Shown here: positions 9,125 through 17,333 of the stretch, piece after piece
Layout: each line of letters begins with the position of its first letter
Numbering within the stretch: the stretch's first letter is position 1
Assembly: GCF_000016745.1 (NCBI RefSeq)
Contig: NC_009483.1
Coordinates: 1,170,001-1,202,000 of the forward strand
DNA: 32,000 nucleotides
From: Geotalea uraniireducens Rf4
Lineage (GTDB): Bacteria > Desulfobacterota > Desulfuromonadia > Geobacterales > Geobacteraceae
Reading direction: 5' to 3'
Notes under the pieces: generated by a model
Told to the model about the DNA's origin: nothing
The model's database searches: none
The model's input: only the letters and a program-made list of their open reading frames with translations
Program-made: the position numbers and the translations under genes

Positions 9125-9200
9125 TGTCCCGGCATGAGGCTGTCAAAAGGGGGGTGTCAGTGCACCCCCCGATCACACGTTAACAAGGAGGAAACAATAC

Positions 9201-10805
9201 ATGCGCGGAAAGATCTTCTTAAGTATAGCAGCGCTGTCGGCCTTCCTGCTCGCCTCGCTCCTCGGAGGTTGCGGATCCGGCAAGAAGGAAGGGGCGGCTG
9301 ACCCGACCACAACGGCGGTCAGGGTCGACAACAGCAACTGTACGAACGCTTGCCATGCGTCGGCTATTGATCCTGAAACCGGGGCAAAGATAGTAGACGA
9401 ATGGAATGCTTCTACCCACGCAACTGGCGCCGTCCTGATCGACTGCCAGTCTTGCCACGGCGGCGGCAGCACCCACTTCGGTGTCGGGCCGATCCCCCAT
9501 CAGAACCCGGACGCGGACCTTGTCTGCTCCTCGAACAGCTGTCATCCTGCTCTCGGCTTCCCCCACACGCCGAATATCACCCCGGCCATGCTGGCGTCGG
9601 CGATCATCTGGGACAACATGTCGAGCGCCGGCTATGTGACCTCGCAGAACACCGGCAAGTGCCGCACCTGCCATAACCCCCACAACAACACGGTGCTGCA
9701 GGAAAACATGGACTGGGGTAACTCCCGCCACGGCAGAAAGGACGGCGCCGCCTGGATTCATTATGACTTCAAGGCGCGGGCCAACTGCAACCGGTGCCAC
9801 ACCACCACCGGCCACATCAAGTACGTGACGTCCAAGGACCAGAGCGCTTGGGCGGCTCCCAACTCTGCGGACAAGACCAAGGAAGTCCTCCGCTGTGACG
9901 GCTGTCACAAGGATTACAACTTCGGTCCCGACAATACCCGCAACTACGGGCCGGTTACCATGGATTACACCGATAACATCTTCACCTATCCTGACGCCGG
10001 CATCTCCAACCTCTGCATCGAGTGCCACGCGGGGAGGGAGACCGGCGACACCATCAAGAACGCCAATCAAACCGGTACCACCTTCCGGAATTTCTCCAGC
10101 ACCGGTTTCGTCAACTCCCACTACCTGACCGCCGGGGCGACGATCTTCACCAAGTCGGGGTATGAGTATACCGGCCTTATCTATACCGATCCTCCAGCCT
10201 ATTTGCACAAGGATATCGGCAGGGCCGGCACCGGTATTCCCAATACGACATCGGGACCGTGCTCCGGTTGCCACATGACATCGCCGAGTCCTTCCGATGC
10301 CTTACGCGGGCATTCCCATACCTTCCGTCCTGAAACCAGCACTGTTTGCTTTAGTTGCCACGCTGGACCAACGTTTGCGGACATCACGGCAGTGCCGGAG
10401 ACAGGGTTCCTGGCGGCGCTTGCTGCCCTCAATGTCGAGCTGGCAGTGAACCCGTTCCGCAAGATGTTCTGGGCCGACAAAAACCCCTACTTCTTCACCG
10501 ACGCCACCTTCAGCACCGCTTTGAGGTCGTGGCATTCGGTCGGCGGTCCCGTGACCGACAAGACCGCCAGCGGCAAGAACAACATGGGCGCCGCCTTCAA
10601 CTACAATCTGCTCGTGCATGACCCGGGCGCCTTTGCTCACAATTCGACCTACGTCAAACGGCTCATCTTCGATTCCATCGACTGGCTTGATGACAATATC
10701 CTGTCGAACAATTCCGTCGTCGCCACCATCAACGGCCTTACCGGCCTTACGGCTCAACAAAAGGCCGATGCCATTGCCTACCTTAATGCGGGTGTGCGAC
10801 CATAG
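9201..10805 (+). CDS. Lipoprotein multihaem c-type cytochrome, 7 CXXCH plus CX3CH and CX4CH (module 2; paralog of 1809..3539)
   Basis: AAGGAGG RBS. Lipobox LGGC. Seven canonical CXXCH, plus CTNACH and CSSNSCH at positions that hold canonical motifs in the paralog. Shared C-terminal block NNMGAAFNYNLL...RLIFDSI. Confidence 0.85.
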   Translation: MRGKIFLSIAALSAFLLASLLGGCGSGKKEGAADPTTTAVRVDNSNCTNACHASAIDPETGAKIVDEWNASTHATGAVLIDCQSCHGGGSTHFGVGPIPHQNPDADLVCSSNSCHPALGFPHTPNITPAMLASAIIWDNMSSAGYVTSQNTGKCRTCHNPHNNTVLQENMDWGNSRHGRKDGAAWIHYDFKARANCNRCHTTTGHIKYVTSKDQSAWAAPNSADKTKEVLRCDGCHKDYNFGPDNTRNYGPVTMDYTDNIFTYPDAGISNLCIECHAGRETGDTIKNANQTGTTFRNFSSTGFVNSHYLTAGATIFTKSGYEYTGLIYTDPPAYLHKDIGRAGTGIPNTTSGPCSGCHMTSPSPSDALRGHSHTFRPETSTVCFSCHAGPTFADITAVPETGFLAALAALNVELAVNPFRKMFWADKNPYFFTDATFSTALRSWHSVGGPVTDKTASGKNNMGAAFNYNLLVHDPGAFAHNSTYVKRLIFDSIDWLDDNILSNNSVVATINGLTGLTAQQKADAIAYLNAGVRP

Positions 10806-10839
10806 GGTAGCCGACTGATTTTTATGGTTTTTTTGATAG

Positions 10840-10869
10840 AAAAGGCTCTGGATGCTTCCGGGGCCTTTT
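10840..10869 (+). terminator. Probable terminator after Pcc module 2
   Basis: 12-bp stem aaaaggctctgg/ccggggcctttt with two G-U pairs and a 6-nt loop, followed by a T-rich CTTCGTT. Weaker than the other terminators. Confidence 0.45.
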
Positions 10870-10945
10870 CTTCGTTGATTTCTTCTTCATCTGGAAACTC
10901 GCCTGAAGGCAACACAAAAAGCTTCCATTCTGCTATACTGGCAGC

Positions 10946-11521
10946 ATGAAAATCATCGTATTCCTTTTGATAGTTATTTTGCTGACAGCGACGACAGCCT
11001 TTGCCGCAGATCTGGGAACGCCGCTCCTGTCGGAGAGTCTGGCGACGCGCAAGTTCTTCGACCCGGACCGGTTGCTCACTACAGGGGGGGTGAAATACAG
11101 AGGGCTGGAAGGTGTTACCATCGAACCTCAGATCGGGGTCGGCTATACGGCTCGGGAGCGGGATATCAAGGGAGGATTCGAAGAGTCGATCCACAAGGTG
11201 CACGCCCTTGCGGGCGGCAAGATCGATCTTGCCAAGACGTTATACTTTTCCGGCGCAGCAAAAGTTCCGGTTTATACCTACGGGCTTACCGACAGCAGCA
11301 CCAGCTTCGTTTCCCCCCAAGTCCCTGCGTCGCGCCATGAATACGATTTTACGCGCCTGTCGCCGAGCACGCTTTCATGGACCGGAGAAGTAGGGTTACA
11401 TCTCGGGCTGGGGGCGGATTTGACCATCTATTACGACCAGAACCTGTTCAACAGTTACCAGCCCGGTATGACCCAGCCGGAGGAGCGCTTCGGTACGCGG
11501 ATTATCTTCAGGTTCAAGTAA
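10946..11521 (+). CDS. Small secreted, beta-strand-rich protein (possible small outer-membrane beta-barrel)
   Basis: Clear signal peptide MKIIVFLLIVILLTATTAFA/AD. 191 aa with alternating hydrophobic pattern, ending RIIFRFK. No recognisable family. No SD; a TATACT hexamer ends 6 nt before the ATG. Confidence 0.6.
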   Translation: MKIIVFLLIVILLTATTAFAADLGTPLLSESLATRKFFDPDRLLTTGGVKYRGLEGVTIEPQIGVGYTARERDIKGGFEESIHKVHALAGGKIDLAKTLYFSGAAKVPVYTYGLTDSSTSFVSPQVPASRHEYDFTRLSPSTLSWTGEVGLHLGLGADLTIYYDQNLFNSYQPGMTQPEERFGTRIIFRFK

Positions 11522-11819
11522 TCCCGAGCCCAAGCGCCTAAGATGTGTGGTATTGCCACTTTCTGTACAAAGTACGCTTAGAACGGCTTAATAGTGTCAC
11601 GTTTTGCAACATTAACGACGTGTATGTGCTCAATTCTGTGACGAATTTGTATTTTCACATAAAAATCCCCCCGAATGCTTCTGACGCAACCATGATTCCG
11701 AATCCTTCCCAACGGTTTTTCATCCCGACTCCTAACCAGCTTGAAATACTGAAAACCAGGCATTATTGATTGTGTCGCGACGATGTTGTATTCATCTTTT
11801 AAGAACGTTGTTTTTTTAG

Positions 11820-11835
11820 TGGCATGTTTCATGCT
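11820..11835 (+). promoter_or_regulatory. Candidate sigma54 (-24/-12) promoter
   Basis: TGGCATGtttcATGCT versus consensus TGGCACG-N4-TTGCW, with exact GG-N10-GC spacing. It lies 85 nt upstream of ATG 11921 in an otherwise ORF-poor, AT-rich ~400-bp spacer. Confidence 0.35.
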
Positions 11836-11920
11836 GTATGGGTAGCCGTGCCCCAGGATTATCCCGGTGAACTAATCGCCGAAATTCCTTGGTTCATCAG
11901 TGGGAGATGGAGGAGAAATA

Positions 11921-12103
11921 ATGACGCGTCCAGCTGCAGAAAGGCCCTTGAATCCGCATTCCGAGCAGAACGGTTGGAAGAAGACGCTTTCTGAAACGCT
12001 GTCGGCCATAAACATTATTCCCGAAAAATTCAACGGCAGGATTGTGATTTCCTTTAAGGACGGCGGTGTCAGCTACCTGGAAAAATCAGAAACATTCAAG
12101 TAA
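11921..12103 (+). CDS. YezD/DUF2292-like small protein (60 aa)
   Basis: ATG 11921 preceded by GGAGGAG. The C-terminal FNGRIVISFKDGGVSYLEKSETFK resembles the G-x-V-x-I-x-x-x-DG-x-V-x-x-x-E motif I remember for DUF2292. The track GTG start at 11900 is less likely. Confidence 0.5.
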   Translation: MTRPAAERPLNPHSEQNGWKKTLSETLSAINIIPEKFNGRIVISFKDGGVSYLEKSETFK

Positions 12104-12182
12104 ATCCCAAAGATCTCAGTTTATTCGGTAGTGTCCGTTAGAAAATTGCACTGACACTCCAACCATAAAAACAAGCACATTA

Positions 12183-12288
12183 CCCTCCCCCAACCCCTCC
12201 CATCAAGGGAGGGGAGCTTTAAAGTCCCCTCGCCCCTTGTGGACCCAAATTGCGGGCCTAAAGGAGAGGGCTAGGGTGAGGGGGGAAG
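12183..12288. repeat. REP-like palindromic intergenic repeat (C-rich/G-rich hairpin family)
   Basis: Hairpin cccctccc-atcaa-gggagggg (12194-12214). Outer cccctcgccc...gggtgagggg. Contains GGACCCAAATTGCGGGCCTAAAGG (12241-12264), which recurs 22/24 at 17397-17420. Confidence 0.75.
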
Positions 12289-12302
12289 TGAAAAGAGGTG
12301 AA

Positions 12303-12476
12303 ATGATGGCCCGGGTAACATGCGCAATCTGTGATGAAGAGGCTGATTCAGACGATTATCGAGTAAAATGTTGCACGGAATGCGGCTCATGGTTCTGTTA
12401 CAGGCATCTTGGGCAATACAAATCACAATGTACATTATGTGGAATCTATTCACTTAAAAACCTCTATGGCCGGTGA
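12303..12476 (+). CDS. Cys-rich 57-aa mini-protein (putative cross-braced zinc finger)
   Basis: AGAGGTG RBS then ATG 12303. Pattern CxxC-x13-CCxxC-x4-C-x2-H-x8-CxxC (MMARVTCAICDEE...CCTECGSWFCYRH...CTLCG). Visibly lower GC than its neighbours. The track start at 12237 lies in the repeat. Confidence 0.45.
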   Translation: MMARVTCAICDEEADSDDYRVKCCTECGSWFCYRHLGQYKSQCTLCGIYSLKNLYGR

Positions 12477-12539
12477 TGCCGTCCGGCGGGACAGCGTGGT
12501 CATAAAGCATGGAGGAGATTTGGATACGGAGGTTTTGTC

Positions 12540-12947
12540 ATGAAGCTGTGTTTTCCCGTGGTAACCGACGAAGGAATGGAAAGCAATATCTACGGCCATT
12601 TCGCTTCGGCGCCGATGTTTGTGATCGTTGACACCCTGACCCGGCAGAGTACCGTCATCGCCAATTGCGATCCGGGCAACCCGTATGGCGGCTGCAGTCC
12701 GTTCAGCGCCCTCAACGGCCGGCAGCTGGACGGTATCATCGTCGGCGGCATCGGCGACGAGTCGGTGCGGGTGATGAACATGTGCGGGTTCAAGGTCTTC
12801 CAGGCGCATTCTTCGGCCGTTACCGAGAATCTCGCGCTGTTTGAAAAGAATCTGCTGCAGGAGGTGACTGTCCAGCAGAGCTATCTGGAAGGAAGATGTT
12901 CCGACGGTGGGGGCGAGCACACGTGCAGCCACAGCCACTGTAACTAG
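12540..12947 (+). CDS. NifX/NifB-type (dinitrogenase FeMo-cofactor-binding fold) domain protein with Cys/His-rich tail
   Basis: ACGGAGG RBS. MKLCFPVVTDEG..SNIYGHFASAPMFVIVD....LDGIIVGGIGDESVRVMNMCGFKVF matches the HFG...iG..a...L...GI pattern of this domain. The tail reads CSDGGGEHTCSHSHCN. Confidence 0.65.
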   Translation: MKLCFPVVTDEGMESNIYGHFASAPMFVIVDTLTRQSTVIANCDPGNPYGGCSPFSALNGRQLDGIIVGGIGDESVRVMNMCGFKVFQAHSSAVTENLALFEKNLLQEVTVQQSYLEGRCSDGGGEHTCSHSHCN

Positions 12948-12969
12948 TGCCATGTAACACTTATTTTTG

Positions 12970-13060
12970 CGGATAACCCCTCTAAATCTCCCCTTATCTA
13001 AGAGGAGACTTCAAGGCTTCCCCCCTTAGGTAAGGGGGGACTGAGGGGGGTTAGATTCAG
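12970..13060. repeat. REP-like palindromic repeat (CCCCCC..GGGGGG hairpin family)
   Basis: Hairpin ccccccttaggtaagggggg (13020-13039) plus flanking ctcccctt..aagaggag. Same flavour as 17380-17398, 20843-20863 and 20911-20929. Confidence 0.7.
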
Positions 13061-13140
13061 ATGTTACAGTGTACTAGTTTTCTTTAGAATACTGAATAAT
13101 CAGGCGCTTACTTCGTCCTCTGCCAAAGGCAGACTTAACG

Positions 13141-13187
13141 AAACCCGCATTGATACCGGACTGCCCGGTATTGGTGCGGGTTTTTTG
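13141..13187 (+). terminator. Rho-independent terminator after the NifX-like gene
   Basis: Long hairpin aaacccgca...ataccgg-actgc-ccggtat...tgcgggttt followed by TTTTTT (13181-13186). Confidence 0.8.
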
Positions 13188-13240
13188 TTGCCGTCAATCC
13201 GGTTTAATCAACGGTCAGGAAAACAAGGGGTAGCAGAATC

Positions 13241-14263
13241 ATGATGAAAGAAATACCGGTCCAGGAAGCTGTCGGCAGAGTTCTTTTCCACGATATCACC
13301 CGGATCGTGCCGGGGGAATTTGACGGCCGGGCCTTCAAAAAGGGGCATATCATCGAGGAAAGCGATGTCGCCAAACTGCTGAAACTCGGCAAGGACAACA
13401 TCTACATCCTCGATCTGGAAGAGGGGTTCGTTCACGAGAACGAGTCTGCGCTGAGGATTGCCAAGGCGGCGATCGGCGAGGGAATCCAGTTCAGCGAGCC
13501 GGTGGAGGGAAAGGTAACCATGTCGTCGATCACCAGGGGACTGCTCAAGGTGAACGTGGCTGCCCTGGACCGGATCAACGCGATCGACGAAATCGTGCTT
13601 GCGACGCTGCACACCAACCAGGAAGTGCTTCCACGCAAACAGATCGCCGGAACACGCATAATCCCCCTCTTTACCGAAGAGGACAACATCCACGAGGTCG
13701 AGATGATCTGCCGGGAGCACTACCCGGTCATTACGGTCAAACCGTTCAGGTCCCTGAAGGTCGGTCTGGTGACCACCGGGAACGAGGTCTTTCACGGCCG
13801 GATCGAGGACAAGTTCGGACCGGTGGTCAGGGGCAAGGTCGAAGAACTGGGGAGCACGGTGCTGCGGCAGATCCTCGTGTCGGACAACGTTCCCATGACG
13901 GTCAAGGCGATCCGTGACCTCATTGACGAGGGAGCCGAGATGATTGTTGCTACGGGCGGCATGTCGGTGGACCCCGACGACCGGACACCGGCCAGCATTC
14001 GCGCCGCCGGCGGGAGAGTGGTCACCTACGGCTCCCCCACCTTTCCGGGCGCCATGTTCATGCTGGCCTACATCGGCGACGTTCCGGTCATCGGGCTGCC
14101 GGGGTGCGCCATGTACCGCAAGGCCACGGTCTTCGACCTGATCGTTCCCAGGATACTCGCGGGAGAAACGGTGACCAGGGCGGATTTCACCGGACTGGGG
14201 CACGGCGGTTTCTGCTCCGGGTGCATCGAATGCCGCTATCCTAACTGTGGCTTCGGCAAGTAA
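13241..14263 (+). CDS. Molybdopterin-binding (MoaB/MogA/MoeA-type MoCF domain) protein with C-terminal CX2CX2CX4C tail
   Basis: 340 aa. LKVGLVTTGNEVFHGRIEDKFGPVV....MIVATGGMSVDPDDRTP...GSPTFPGAMFMLAYIG..PVIGLPGCAMY is the classic MoCF-biosynthesis-domain signature. Ends GGFCSGCIECRYPNCGFGK. Confidence 0.7.
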   Translation: MMKEIPVQEAVGRVLFHDITRIVPGEFDGRAFKKGHIIEESDVAKLLKLGKDNIYILDLEEGFVHENESALRIAKAAIGEGIQFSEPVEGKVTMSSITRGLLKVNVAALDRINAIDEIVLATLHTNQEVLPRKQIAGTRIIPLFTEEDNIHEVEMICREHYPVITVKPFRSLKVGLVTTGNEVFHGRIEDKFGPVVRGKVEELGSTVLRQILVSDNVPMTVKAIRDLIDEGAEMIVATGGMSVDPDDRTPASIRAAGGRVVTYGSPTFPGAMFMLAYIGDVPVIGLPGCAMYRKATVFDLIVPRILAGETVTRADFTGLGHGGFCSGCIECRYPNCGFGK

Positions 14264-14275
14264 TTGTCTGCAAAC

Positions 14276-14450
14276 CTCACCACGGAGACACAGAGACACG
14301 GAGGAAAAACCCGGCAATAAACCTCGGTCACGCAAAGCCGCAAAGGCGCAAAGAAAAAACAACCCAAAAGTCTTTAAAGATTTTGGGCTTAACCCAAGAA
14401 ACAGGTTTAAGGTTTTGCCTTTCTCCGTGCTTCCGTGTCTCCGTGGTGGG
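14276..14450. repeat. 175-bp palindromic intergenic element (CCACGGAGACAC family)
   Basis: 28-nt arms ctcaccacggagacacagagacacggag (14276-14303) and ctccgtgcttccgtgtctccgtggtggg (14423-14450) match 24/28. Central palindrome cccaaaagtctttaaagattttggg (14363-14387). Produces spurious ORFs on both strands. Confidence 0.8.
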
Positions 14451-14515
14451 TTGAAGTTTTGAGTCATGGATTAACCGGGCTTTCGCCCCGTTAAATTTCA
14501 AAGGAGGAAAATAAT

Positions 14516-17311
14516 ATGATTAAGAAGGTTATGGTCGTCAACGGCATCGAAAGAACGCTGATCGTTGACCAGGAAGCGCTCCTGTCGGACGTGCTGCGCA
14601 AGCAGCTCCATCTGACCGGAACCAAAGTCGGCTGCGGCACCGGCCAGTGCGGCGCGTGCAACGTGATCATGGACGGCAAGCTGGTCCGCTCGTGCGTGGT
14701 GAAGATGAAAAAGGTGGAAAACCTGGCCAAGATCACCACGATCGAAGGGATCGGTACTCCTCTCAACCTTCATCCGATCCAGAAGGCATTCATCTTCCAC
14801 GGCGCCCTGCAGTGTGGCTTCTGCACCCCTGGCTTCATCGTCTCCACCAAAGCGCTGCTCGACGAGAACCCAAACCCTACCCGCGAGGACGTGCGCGACT
14901 GGTTCCAGAAGTACCGCAACGCCTGCCGCTGCACCGGTTACAGCATGATCGTCGACGCGGTGATGGACGCCGCCAAGGTGATGCGCGGCGAGATCTCCGA
15001 TCAGGCCATCGAGTTCAAGACCCCGGCCGACGGTAAGATCTACGGCTCCCGCTTCCCCAGGCCTACCTCCGTGGCAAAGGTCACCGGTCTCTGGGATTTC
15101 GGCGACGACATGGGCACCCAGCTCCCCGAAGGGACCCTGCAGTGCGCACTGGTGCAGCCTGAAGTTTCCCACGCCATCATCAAGGGCATCGACACCTCCG
15201 AGGCGGAGAAGATGCCCGGCGTCTTCAAGGTCGTTACCCACAAGGACGTCAAAGGGAAAAACCGCATTACCGGCCTGATCACCTTCCCGACCAACAAGGG
15301 TGACGGCTGGGATCGCCCGATTCTGAATGACGAGAAGATCTTCCAGTACGGCGACGTTGTTGCCATCGTCTGCGCCGATACCCTGGAAAACGCCAAGGCA
15401 GCGGCGAAAATGGTCAAGGTCGATCTGGAAGTGCTGCCGGCCTACATGAACGCACCGGCCGCCATGGCAGAGGACGCCATCGAGATCCATCCCGGCACGC
15501 CGAACGTCTATTACGAGTGCACCCTCAACAAGGGGGAGGACACCAAGCCGATCATGGCGAAGGCTGCCCATGTGGTCGAGGGGGAGTACTACCTCCAGCG
15601 TCAACCCCATATGCCGATCGAGCCCGATGTCGGCTTCGCCTACATCGATGACCTGAAGCGGGTGGTGATCCACTCGAAATCGATCGCCATCCATCTGCAC
15701 CTTTACATGATCGCCCCGGGCCTGGGCGTTGAACCGCACGAAATCGTGGTGGTCCAGAACCCCACCGGCGCCACCTTCGGCTACAAGTTCAGCCCGACCC
15801 TGGAGGCGCTGGTCGGCGCAGCGGCCATGGCAACCGGCCGCCCCTGTTTCCTCGGCTACGACTGGTACCAGCAGCAGACCTACACCGGCAAACGCTCGCC
15901 GATGTGGTTCAAGATCAAGATGGGCGCCGACCAGGACGGCAAGCTCCTTGCCATGGAAACCGACTGGAGCTGCGACCACGGTCCCTACTCCGAGTTCGGC
16001 GACCTGGTAACCACGCGCGGCGCACAGTTCACCGGCGCAGGGTACGACATCAAGAACATCCGCGGCGTAGGCCGCACCGTCTGCACCAACCATGGTTGGG
16101 GCTCCGCCTTCCGCGCCTACGGCTCTCCCCAGAGCTTCTTCGCCTCCGAGTCCCTCATGGATGAACTGGCCAAGAAGATGGGTGTCGACCCGTTCGAACT
16201 CCGTTACAAGAACATCTACCGTCCCGGCGCCACCACGCCGACCGGACAGACCCCGGAAGTCTTCTGCTTCGAGGAGCTGTTCGACCTCATGCGTCCCAAG
16301 TACCAGGACGCCCTGTTGCGCGCCAAGAACGGCTCCACCGAAACCAAGAAACGTGGCGTCGGCGTTTCTCTCGGCGTGTACGGCTGCGGTCTCGACGGTC
16401 CGGACACCTCGAGTGCCTGGGTTGAACTGAACCCGGACGGGAGCGTCACCGTCGGCAATGCCTGGCAGGACCATGGCCAGGGGTCTGACGGCGGGACTGT
16501 CACCTTCGCCCACAACACCCTGCGTCCTCTCGGCCTGAAAGCGGATCAGATCCGTCTCAGCATGAACGACACGAGCCTCCACCCGAACTCCGGCCCCTCC
16601 GGCGGGAGCCGCCAGAACGTGGTCACCGGGAACGCGATCCATGCGGCTTGCGTCCTGCTGCTCGATGCCCTGCGCAAGGCGGACGGCACCTACCGCACCT
16701 ACGACGAAATGGTAAAGGAAGGCAAATCGGTCAAGTACGAAGGGAGCTGGACCACCCCGAGCACCCACATGGACGACAACATGCAGGGTGCGCCGTTCTG
16801 CATCTACATGTACGCCCTCTTCATGTCCGAGGTGGAAGTTGACGTCACCACCGGCAAGACGACCGTGCTGAAGATGACCTACGCAGGCGACAACGGCACC
16901 ATCACCAACCGGCTTACAGTCGACGGACAGGTGTACGGCGGTCTGGTCCAGGGTGTAGGTCTTGCCCTGACCGAAGACTTCGAAGACCTGAAGAAGCACA
17001 CCACCCTGATCGGTTCCGGCTTCCCGTTCATCAAGGACGTTCCCGACGACATGGAGCTGATCTACACCGAGTATCCGCGCAAAGACGGCGCCTTCGGTCA
17101 GGCCGGTGTAGGCGAGGGGCCGCTGACAGCCCCGCACGCCTCCATCATCAATGCCATCGACAGTGCCTGCGGCGTGCGCATCAGGTCCATCCCGGCATAT
17201 CCGGCCAAGGTCCTGGCTGCACTGAAGTCGGAAAAGAAGGCCTTCGACGTCAGCGATGCCGTGGCAGGCGGTTACATGTCACAGGGTGGCATCGAAACAT
17301 TGAAGAAGTAA
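14516..17311 (+). CDS. mop: Molybdenum aldehyde oxidoreductase, xanthine-oxidase family, D. gigas Mop type (2x[2Fe-2S] + MCD-binding domains in one chain)
   Basis: AAAGGAGGA RBS. The N-terminus MIKKVMVVNGIERTLIVDQEALLSDVLRKQLHLTGTKVGCGTGQCGACNV closely resembles my memory of the D. gigas MOP N-terminus. Second cluster motifs CGFCTPGF and CRCTGY. Mo-domain motifs GATFGYK and QAGVGEGP (catalytic Glu). 931 aa. Confidence 0.9.
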   Translation: MIKKVMVVNGIERTLIVDQEALLSDVLRKQLHLTGTKVGCGTGQCGACNVIMDGKLVRSCVVKMKKVENLAKITTIEGIGTPLNLHPIQKAFIFHGALQCGFCTPGFIVSTKALLDENPNPTREDVRDWFQKYRNACRCTGYSMIVDAVMDAAKVMRGEISDQAIEFKTPADGKIYGSRFPRPTSVAKVTGLWDFGDDMGTQLPEGTLQCALVQPEVSHAIIKGIDTSEAEKMPGVFKVVTHKDVKGKNRITGLITFPTNKGDGWDRPILNDEKIFQYGDVVAIVCADTLENAKAAAKMVKVDLEVLPAYMNAPAAMAEDAIEIHPGTPNVYYECTLNKGEDTKPIMAKAAHVVEGEYYLQRQPHMPIEPDVGFAYIDDLKRVVIHSKSIAIHLHLYMIAPGLGVEPHEIVVVQNPTGATFGYKFSPTLEALVGAAAMATGRPCFLGYDWYQQQTYTGKRSPMWFKIKMGADQDGKLLAMETDWSCDHGPYSEFGDLVTTRGAQFTGAGYDIKNIRGVGRTVCTNHGWGSAFRAYGSPQSFFASESLMDELAKKMGVDPFELRYKNIYRPGATTPTGQTPEVFCFEELFDLMRPKYQDALLRAKNGSTETKKRGVGVSLGVYGCGLDGPDTSSAWVELNPDGSVTVGNAWQDHGQGSDGGTVTFAHNTLRPLGLKADQIRLSMNDTSLHPNSGPSGGSRQNVVTGNAIHAACVLLLDALRKADGTYRTYDEMVKEGKSVKYEGSWTTPSTHMDDNMQGAPFCIYMYALFMSEVEVDVTTGKTTVLKMTYAGDNGTITNRLTVDGQVYGGLVQGVGLALTEDFEDLKKHTTLIGSGFPFIKDVPDDMELIYTEYPRKDGAFGQAGVGEGPLTAPHASIINAIDSACGVRIRSIPAYPAKVLAALKSEKKAFDVSDAVAGGYMSQGGIETLKK

Positions 17312-17333
17312 GCTGAAGCGGTTGCGACACGGA

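Noticed and set aside
11578-11832. 84-aa minus-strand ORF in the AT-rich spacer.
   Set aside because: No RBS and no recognisable motif. It overlaps the candidate sigma54 element, and AT-rich spacers readily give such ORFs. Cannot be excluded, but it is unsupported.
14247-14462. Small ORFs inside repeat elements (14247..14462, 17433..17651, 20580..20921, 20341..20898, 12237 extension).
   Set aside because: They are translations of palindromic REP-like repeats (for example PPFSKGDL, RRHRDTEEKPG strings). They read equally on both strands and have no start context.
14498-17137. 879-aa minus-strand ORF antisense to mop. Similar long antisense ORFs occur at 13208..14467, 9219..10274, 2079..2942, 17458..18324, 18866..19843, 21500..22570, 24213..25097, 25524..26399 and 25901..26926.
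   Set aside because: The plus-strand partners carry unambiguous family motifs (2Fe-2S, CXXCH, radical SAM, XdhC and others) with RBSs and coupled starts. The antisense translations are Arg/Gly/Ala/Val/His-rich low-complexity strings, typical of stop-poor antisense frames in GC-rich DNA.
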